This document shows positions 54,152-64,000 of a stretch of DNA of 64,000 nucleotides, piece after piece. The DNA comes from Octopus vulgaris (lineage: Eukaryota). The notes below the pieces were generated by a model, which searched no databases, was not told where the DNA came from, and saw only the letters and a program-made list of their open reading frames with translations. Within the stretch, counting starts at the first letter, position 1; each line of letters starts with the position of its first letter. The position numbers were made by a program, and so were the translations under genes. Where the stretch lies: contig OX597822.1 in the NCBI GenBank assembly GCA_951406725.2, positions 6,386,001-6,450,000 of the forward strand. Direction: 5' to 3'.

Positions 54152-54155
54152 TAAA

Positions 54156-54198
<43 letters not shown>

Positions 54199-54409
54199 TA
54201 TGTAAAGTATATACATACATACATACATACATGTGCGGTGATGCCTCAAATTAACCGCACATTTGAGTATGAAGATTTAAAGATATATATCTATATAATT
54301 TTACTCTTTTACTTTTTTCAATCATTTGCCTACGGCCATACTGGTGTGCGACCTTATTATATAAATAAGGGCAGCTTGTTCGCAAATTTATAACCAAAAG
54401 ACAGAAACA

Positions 54410-54690
54410 TATACGTCACTATAGTGACTGAGGGCGTTAGTCAGCACCAATATTGCTAGAAATACGAGTTAAAACAACTCATAGACACGAGAAGCACTTA
54501 CCGTAAGGACTGTCAAGGGGGACAAGCTCGCTCAGTGTCCAGGCTTAGCCAGATCACGGTGATTTCATACCCCTTGCCTCTCTTGTCAGTCATTAATATA
54601 AGTGATTCTCGTGGGTATGAGTTGTTTTAACTCTTATTTCTAGCAATACTGGTAGCGACTAGCGCCCTAGGTAACTTTAGTGATATATAT
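54410..54690. mobile_element. Fold-back/MITE-like element, ~115-bp imperfect inverted arms
   Basis: TCACTATAGTGAC..ATTGCTAGAAATA.GAGTTAAAACAACTCATA pairs with TATGAGTTGTTTTAACTC.TATTTCTAGCAAT..GTAACTTTAGTGA. Confidence 0.7.
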
Positions 54691-54742
54691 CCTTAAATCC
54701 TTAAAAATGTTTTAGTCCGAAGGCCGCGGCCATACTGGGGCA

Positions 54743-54865
<123 letters not shown>

Positions 54866-54984
54866 TGTATATGCTTAACATTTTGGACAAACGGATATAT
54901 GTCGATTAGTGGGTTGAAGTGTTTAATAGAGCACTGATACAGTTTGGGCTAATTGGTGTCATGCGTAGTCGGGGTATATTACCG

Positions 54985-55293
54985 TTGTAAGCCTAGTATT
55001 TATTCTATCGAACCCTTTCGCCGAACTGCTAGATTACGAGGACAGACGTAAACACACCAGCATCGGTTGTCAAGCAATGGTGGGGGGACAAACGTAGAAA
55101 CACAAACATATCCATATAGATATATATTTATACGACGGGTTTCTTTCAGTTTCCGTCAACTAAATTCCCTCATAAGGCTTTGGTCGGCCTGGGGCTATAG
55201 TAGAAGCGCTGCCCAAGCTGTCACGTAGTGAGATTGAACCCAGAACCATTTGGTTGGTAAGCAAGCTACTTACCACACAGCCACTTCTGCGCC
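54985..55293 (-). mobile_element. SINE family A copy (3'-truncated)
   Basis: Matches 1565-1901. Confidence 0.85.
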
Positions 55294-55349
55294 TATATAC
55301 ATACATACATACATACATACATACATACATACATACATACACACATACA

Positions 55350-55383
<34 letters not shown>

Positions 55384-55559
55384 CATAAGTTCTATAATTA
55401 TGAGCATAATTATAGAATTTTTGTATAAGTTTAGCGATAACGGTTCTTTTAACATACCGAACTACTTGGTAAAATTATTCATTATCAATTGATTAGTTGA
55501 TTTTACCCTTTATTATTATTGATAATATATGTATATATATAATTAAAATTTAGAGAAAA

Positions 55560-56250
55560 ACAGAAAATGAAGACGGGTATAAATAAAAAGTAGGTGTATT
55601 AGTTTGCCGTACGAGGTGAGAAAGTGTGTTAACGTTTCGAAGCTACGCTCTTCAACAGAAAGCAACACGATGAAATAAACAGTGAAAGAGAGAAACAGTA
55701 ACTTCGGATAAAACACGTGAGTTGGTAAAGTGCGAGTTCATTTTGGTAGGAATAAGGTTACTCTGTGCATCACTACAAGTAGTAAAAAAAGATTCGGTCT
55801 GGTGGGTTGTAATTAAGGAATGTAGATATTTGAGAATTGTCTTGTGCAGACATTTGGGATTGAAGACTGTCAGGATTAGTAATAGAAAGAGTTGGTTAAA
55901 ATGGTATAAACCTTGCTGTTTTAATGGGCAGTAGCATTTGTCTGTACTGTCAAAAATTTTCCTAAGGAAGATACATGGTGTTGGTGCGCTAGAGATTTGC
56001 AGTGGGTTCCTGAAAGTATTTTAGGCAATTAAATCACTGATTTGTCCTTATCTGGAAACTATTGCATACGTTGGAGAGAAGTGTATTGAAAAAGTTTTCT
56101 ACATTTTGTTTTTATGCACAGTTGTTTCTTGGGCGCCGTCATCAACTTCCCTAGATTGATGAAGATTCTGTATCCTAAGAAGGTTTGGTTTTATAGATGG
56201 TAATATACAAAATGTTTTGATGCCCATTTCCTTTTCCATAAAAACTGTAT
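55560..56250 (-). mobile_element. Decayed Penelope-like 3' end (GIY-YIG trace + pseudo-LTR with minimal hammerhead-like motif ~55625-55663)
   Basis: Minus strand CTTT-CTGTTGA-A-GAGCGTAGCTTC-GAAACGTTA. Flanks are homologous to 3480-3620. IGQ-like trace near 56045. Confidence 0.45.
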
Positions 56251-58490
56251 ATCCCGGCGCAATGTATTATGACTCCCGTTTTCGGCAATTACAAAGTCAG
56301 CAGAATATGGTTTGATACTCATTAAATTTGAAAATGTATATAATTTTCGCTCATTATCTCACACTATAAAATTCAGTGGTGTAATTTTTTATAATTCAAA
56401 AGATTAATGTTCTGTTTCATATATTTTAAATATTTCTAATTAGAATTAGTCTGGGGAAAAGCTAATGACTGTATACACATTTTCAGACAATATCGGTGAT
56501 CATCGAATACTGTGTGGACTAAATACAAGATGAAAGCTTTAGTTAAAACTTATTCATGAGGCCGTAAATAATCCAAATTTTCTTCTGCGATACAAGAGCT
56601 AGAACGCTATGAACGATGACTTTTATGATGCTCTTCATTTCAAATAATGTATACTGTAATAGTTCGTAAACCTTTTCTCCATTAAAAAAAAAATTTAACC
56701 CCTCAAAATTATAAACACTCTAGAATATATTGATAATTTAAATGTTATGTTATACAAAAATTATAAGTTGCTAATCATAGCAATCCCTTAATTTCTTTTT
56801 TGAAGAAAATTTCCCCGTATGCGACCTCACTTTTCGAAGACGCTCGTAAACAGAAAAGCTTACATTATTTACAAACGGAAATCATTTGAACTGGCAACCA
56901 CAATTGTGTAAATGGATAGTTTATAGTAAGATCGAATATGAGTAGAGTGACCTGATTGTTGAGGCAGTCCAGTGCAGTTGAGACGTCACTGAATGCAGAG
57001 CCACTAGTGAGTTCTTCGGTGTACATCAACCCAGTAACCTAAGCCACTCTCTGGCTCCTATTAATGCTTTGTGTGAATCTTACAATAACCTCCCACAAAA
57101 GCTACGAAAATGCTACATATGTCGAATGAAATTGAACAGAATGAATGACATAATCTAATTTTGGAATAATGCACTAATAAGAAATAATAGTAAATTACTC
57201 TATATTTATAAAAAAATCCAATATATAGGGAATCAAAACTTAAATTGCCGATATCATTCTGTGGAATCTAAAAATTACATGCACATAAATTTCAGATAAA
57301 ATCAAGTACTTGTGCGAATTGAAGAAATAAAATCATTTTTCGTGAGGTAGTGTAGAAGTAACATAACAAAAATATGTAAAAACTATTAGTATAACAGTTT
57401 CTCCTCTTGTACTAAAGAGAAAAAACTAAAAAAACATTCCATATATCTACAAAATATCATTCTGATGATAACGAAAAATGCTTAGAAAACTAAATATTAT
57501 TGAGAGATGAAATAATATAAATAAATAAAAATGATCAAATGAACATTTTTATGAATTCATCAAAATAAACTGACCAAAAATGCAATTGAAGAATTTTAGT
57601 TACAGAAAACAGAAACTCATTCACAAACTGAAGTGTGTGTGTGTTTGCGTTTGTGTGCGTTTATGAGTGTGTGTGTGTGTAATTTTTATATATATGTATA
57701 TGTGTATATGCATACATACGTGTATATATAATTGTACATACCTGCGGATATATATATATATATATATATATATACGCAAGTATTTTTTAGCTTCATGCAT
57801 ACTTAGATATATAGGCTATATTTATACGTATATGTATATACATATATGCACACATATATGCTCACGCACATATATATCTACATATATACACTAAATAACA
57901 CACTCAACCATGCACACACACACACGTAAGTACAAATATATTTTGTCTGACAGTCTCTCTCTTTCTATACCCGCCATATCTCCGTATCTTCCTTTCTGAT
58001 GAAGAACAGATAATTCGGAAGCGCCTCGTATTTGAGTATTTCTTTCCTTGTCACATTCAACATGAAAGAAATACAGCTTTCATCGTCATATTCGCTATCT
58101 GTAAGATATATGTATATGCGTGCGTGTGTTTTTGAGAGTAAAATAAAAGGCGAAATGGTATTAAGACTGCATCATAAAAAGCGATAAATATTTATATTTC
58201 TATCAAAAGATGCTACCGGTTTCAATGGTGAATACAATACAGAAAGATGATAATGATTTGAATTAAATTAAAAATAGCTTTGATGAAATATTAATTTAAT
58301 TCAGCTCATGTTCCCTCTTCCTGTTTAATGCATTGTCTTAAACATTACGGCCAGTAACATCTTTTTGAGAAGAATGTAAATATTTTCTTACACTTTATGA
58401 TTATATCCTCATAACATTTTCTATTTTTGTTTTTAATACAAAGTAACTTACAAGAGACTTCCTTCTAAACCTTTTGAAGGTATACATACA

Positions 58491-58530
<40 letters not shown>

Positions 58531-58592
58531 AATACACACACATAAATACGTACGTAATATGCACATATTCACATAGACATATATTCATGTGC

Positions 58593-59066
<474 letters not shown>

Positions 59067-59129
59067 GTCTGCCTCGGCTTTTAAGCGTAAGAACATATAT
59101 CACCTCTGCACCTGGTGTAAAAAATAAAA

Positions 59130-59508
59130 TACAATAAAAAAATAATCTAAGTTGTAGTGAAGCAAAATATGTTTTTCGATTTTCAGATAATATATATTCT
59201 CCACAAACAAAGCAAAACCCATTTGGAGAATTAACGAAACAATTTCTTGAAGAGGACATCTTGCTTATTTTCTATTGCTTCACCACGACATCTAAAACGT
59301 ATGGAAAGACAAAGAAACTTAGAATTAGAGTAAGGTAACGAACACTGCGTACTGGACGTACACACATATATAGTGACCATAAGAGTGTTCAATAACTTAA
59401 AAACTAAATCTGATAGGTCAATTAGAAGGTTATAGTTGGATTCAGGAAACCGATTTTGTATAGGAATGATGTCTATTTCCTAAACACGGAAAGTCTTGTA
59501 GACCAGCG
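59130..59508 (-). mobile_element. Chapaev3-like (CMC) DNA transposon 5' end fragment
   Basis: [24 protein letters not shown] matches my recollection of the Chapaev3 transposase N-terminus (C.N.PD.FCYICGEY). Terminal C(A>G)CTGGTCTACAAG next to TAA. Confidence 0.55.
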
Positions 59509-60367
59509 TTATTGGTTATGATACACAGCAAATGTGGGGAAAAAACTATGATAAACACAAGTTTATATTATTTGTTCTCACGTTCGTTTCACCATTGTGG
59601 CTTTTTAGATCTCTGCATTGAATATTCCATGTACAATCAAGTAATTAACCACAACGGAGCATCAGTATACAATTTATTGCATGATGTATAGAGTTAGGTT
59701 GTTGGCAATGCATATGATATTTATTTTGATGTGAATTGGAAAGGAAGCAATAGGCAGAAAGAAATTAAGAGTATCAAAGGAGGAAGAGAAGGGAAGAAAG
59801 AAAAAAGAGAGCGAAAAAGAGACAATAAGGACTGAATAGAGAATAAGGAGTGAGAAAAGGAATAGAGAAAGGAAAAAGATGGAGAGGACAGAAAAGAAGA
59901 TAGAAAAGCACGACGAGAGAAAAAGAAGGGTAATTAAAAACAGAAACAATAAGTTGGACAAGCAAAAGATAGGATAAACCAAGAACAGATGTATACAACA
60001 TATTAGCTTAAGCAAAATTGAAATCTAAATAAGTAAATAATACATTTAGGAGATGGAAAAGAAGAAGAACTATAAGAAAGGATAGTAGGAAAGGAAGTGG
60101 TATGAGGAAAGGACAAGTAAAATGACATAAACAGAGTGCTTTCAGTTAACATAGTGACTGAATGGAAAACAGACTAGGAAATGAGTATAAACAGAAATAT
60201 CCCAAGGTCATGACCTTAGAATAGGAGTCCAAAGGTCAATTTGGATATTTCAAAAGGAGTAAATCTAAAAACATCTATCTTTTTTAAATAGAAAATTAGA
60301 TTCATAGAAACAGACATAAGCCAATATGCAGGTGCTGTTGATGCTCAGACCACTGCACACAAACACA

Positions 60368-60447
<80 letters not shown>

Positions 60448-60492
60448 GTCTGTTTGTCTGCCTGTCTATCTGTCTGTTTGTCTGCCTGTCTA

Positions 60493-60590
<98 letters not shown>

Positions 60591-60632
60591 GCCTGTCTGT
60601 CTCTTTCTCTGTGTGTCTATCTGTCTGTGTGC

Positions 60633-60712
<80 letters not shown>

Positions 60713-60956
60713 ATACATGTATATACAGACATACCGTACACAAACGGTATTCCATATTTAAAATCACTACAACTATTTTTGCACCTGTACATTGGTCAGA
60801 TTTTGTGTAACCATTATCATTATAATTGTACTTTGTAACTATATCTATGAGTTTAGTTTCTTTGTTACATACTGAAAATGACACATCACTTTGGGTATGC
60901 ATTCTTACTCTGAGTAAATTAACGGTAGTATCTAACGACGGACATAATTATACACC

Positions 60957-61058
60957 CACCTGACGAAGAGCATTTTATACATTGGATGTATATATATGAT
61001 AATACAAAATCTGACGGATGCACTACAAGTGTGAAAATGTGTCGAAACAATTGTAGTG
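60957..61058 (+). ncRNA. Type I hammerhead ribozyme motif with extra A and long stem II
   Basis: CAC-CUGACGA-A-GAGCAUUUUAUAC...GUGUGAAAAUGUGUC-GAAA-CAAUU-GUA/GUG. Same ACAAUUGU stem III as 27062/27263. Confidence 0.6.
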
Positions 61059-61253
61059 ACTTCAAATTTTTAAAATGTCGTTCGTTCCATTTCATATTAT
61101 CTATTTTTATAAATTCTTCGGGTTCCACGGAATTCTTCATGTATTTTCTAGCAACAGGAGCATTTCCATTGTATGCTGATACCAGGTAGCCTATAACGGT
61201 TGAGGAGCTTTACATAATATTGTACAAAGTTTTTACCCGAATCTCACTTAACA

Positions 61254-61287
<34 letters not shown>

Positions 61288-62077
61288 ATAGATAGATTAC
61301 TTGAGCAGTTAATAATGACAGGGAGTATATTATTAAACTTTGTGATAATCATAATCTTTTGGTTTCTGTGAATCAATATTGAATTCATCCACTTGGAGGT
61401 GTTGAAAACTGAGCTTGATGAAAGTTACTTTTGAAAGTATGAGGATGTGAATAACCGTGTCAAAATAACTGGAAATAGATTATATTTATCACTCACCAAA
61501 TATCAAAGAGGTTTTATTAACTTTAATACGTACAATATTTACTAATAAGTGATTCACTCGTTATTTAAATGCTCTGCCCAATTTCACAAATGTGGTACAC
61601 ATATGTATCCAAAATTAAGAAATATATGTAAATCCAAACTTATGTTCATGATCTTGCAAGCAGGATACATACATTTTCTAAAGCTATTCAATGGACAATA
61701 GTTTTAATTTATGCAACAATTGAGCATTTAAAATATATCTGACATATTCCACTCACAAGCTACCAATGTACGTAATAAGCATTATTATTCCCATTCACTG
61801 CAAAAGTTCTTAGAAAACACTATTTTTTATAGATATGCAAAGGCACCAAAATACATTGGCGTTCTGAATTTTCAATCTGTAATTTCAAATGATTTGTGCT
61901 TTTGTATTTTGCTTAAAGCAGTACATGCATGCCGTGTAATGAGTAAATAAGCTGAAATTGAATGCATGATACCTTTCACTAAGATGAATACACACGGCAA
62001 TAGTGGAATAACATGAATATAGTTGAATATATGAAGGAGAAAAAATTAATAGTGGAATAAGTGCATGCACAGATATA

Positions 62078-62128
<51 letters not shown>

Positions 62129-62180
62129 AGGACACAAAACGTATTATACATACATAAGTACATACAAACTTATTTATATA

Positions 62181-63083
62181 CTAGCTGAAGTTCCCGGCAA
62201 TTCCCTGGAAAGCTTATCCCTTGGTTCCGTTCTCATAATTGTTTCGCTAATCCAATAATAGCAATACAACATATATTGTCCTTAAAATGGATGTTTGTGC
62301 ATTTATAGAGAATACCGAACTCTCTTACACAGGATCTTGTTTTTAGGAATTCCCGATAAGTTATGAATACACAAATTGTGAATTAAGTTGTGTAATAACA
62401 GCAATTTAGTTACCCGATAGTTTGAATTCACATAAACTATCCCGGAAAAGGGATTTAATGCGTTCCCAGAGTATATAGAATATAGGAGGAAATACCAATA
62501 AGGTAAGTATACTAAAGTCGTGAAGTATGTTACGTAATAACAAGCTAATCATATATGAGATAATAACAATTCAAAGCAAATAACTTTGAAAAGGACTTTT
62601 GTACGTTCCCAGAGAATATTACCCTCAGGGGCGCTAGTGTTGGTATATTCGTGAATAAGTCACTAACCAAAATAAGTGATTCTATTGTATAGGAAAACAC
62701 TATTTACTTGTTTAAGGGTTGCACTAGATAACTTGCGAAAATAACTCTAGCAGTTCAAATACTAAGTAATAAGCATACACGATTTGATTTATATCAAGTA
62801 ATGCAGGAAAATGAATGGGTTATTTCCCTTGGGTATGCATAAGGATCCCTTCCAGGGGCGAATGGGCCATTTCCCTTGGCTTTGAAAATAAAATATATTA
62901 GGTATATATAAGGATCCCTTTCAGGGGCCCTATTATCCATTTTTTCGACACGATGAGTATACCATGAGGTTTCTAGACATGAGTTCAACTCACCTGTCAA
63001 GTTTCATCACAATCGATAATATGATTTAGTAGCTAACAAGTCTACAAACACACACAGACAGAACTTCCCACATATGTAGTAGA
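62181..63083 (-). mobile_element. Non-autonomous Helitron
   Basis: Minus strand begins TCTACTACATATG after A and ends CTAG (62181-84) before T. Degenerate subterminal hairpin CCCGGCAATTCCCTGG. Shares CGATT.TGATGAAACTTGAC with 30331. Internal tandem duplication at 62820-62930. Confidence 0.75.
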
Positions 63084-63131
63084 TACGTAGAAGTTCTTGA
63101 ATATAAATCTAAGATATAAGACTTATAATTA

Positions 63132-63316
63132 TTTCAAAATTTTGCCACAAGGGCAGATTGGGGAAGGTGGAGATGAGTCGATTACATATTTCATTGACCA
63201 TGAAAGGATGAAAGGCAAAGTCGACCATGGCGTATTTTGATCTCAGAACGTAGCGACAGACGAAATACCGCTAAGCATTTCGTCCAGCGTTCTAACGATT
63301 CTGCCGCTCGCCACTT
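63132..63316 (-). mobile_element. SINE family B copy next to (TAA)n (63321-63435)
   Basis: Reverse complement of head GGCGAGCGGCAGAATCGTTAG and core GTCGACTTTGCCTTTCATCC. Confidence 0.8.
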
Positions 63317-63338
63317 TCAATTAATAATAATAATAATG

Positions 63339-63412
<74 letters not shown>

Positions 63413-64000
63413 TATAATAATAATAATAACAATATAACTTAAATCCTTGAGAGGTTAAACACAACTATCGTAAAACGGAAAACAAAAATAAAATATAGCC
63501 CAATCACGCGATAGATACATGTAATTAGATTAATCAATTAAAATATAAAAAATTAACCCTATGCACCAACAATTATGACTAACACACCTACAAATCCATT
63601 GATAAATTAATAAAAATTATGATAGCAATTCAAGTTGCCACAATTAATAATATAAATTAAAATGAAATAGATTTACTTACTGATAAACATATAAACTAAA
63701 ATTAAATATATATACACCTATAACGGTTTCTTTGTTTCAAACATGCTAACACACACACATACACACACACATACACATACACATACACTCACACATGCAC
63801 ACATACAAATAAACGCATGCTGCTATTTTAGTTTGTTGATGAACACGCAATCTATTAGGATGTAAAAACACACGTTCAATTATCGCCCAGAAGCAATATC
63901 TACCTTCGTTATTTCATAATACAATTTTAAATGTAATTTGAATGAAAATTGATATGGAAACGATCCTTGGCTTACATAATTGACAAAATGTAAATAAATT

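Noticed and set aside
59674-60015. Hydrophobic 113-aa ORF (also 48459-49238)
   Set aside because: Translation of purine/pyrimidine-biased low-complexity DNA, not a membrane protein.

Overview
AT-rich, repeat-saturated eukaryotic (animal) genomic DNA with no convincing host protein-coding gene. Nearly all long ORFs in the track are translations of microsatellites. The tRNA-derived SINE families and the abundance of (TA)n, (TATC)n, (TAA)n and (TTC)n tracts suggest an Octopus (cephalopod) intron or intergenic region; this is inference from recalled repeat families. Recognisable content: (1) a head-to-tail stack of five 5'-truncated R4/Dong-clade non-LTR retrotransposons separated by (TAA)n at 37.4-42.6 kb, including a ~3 kb copy with RT, CCHC finger and restriction-like endonuclease, plus older copies; (2) two Tx1/L1-like 3' ends, one inside (TATC)n; (3) three tRNA-SINE families, some with target-site duplications; (4) two decayed mariners, two non-autonomous Helitrons, Tc2/pogo-type and hAT-type MITEs and a Chapaev3-like fragment; (5) Penelope-like remnants. 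The most striking unannotated signal is a set of hammerhead-ribozyme motifs. Chief among them is a spacer-less ~350-bp palindrome (27031-27380) carrying two divergent type-I hammerheads with a long stem II and a palindromic stem III. A second long-stem-II hammerhead lies at 60957-61058. All calls were made by eye, so boundaries of decayed elements are approximate.
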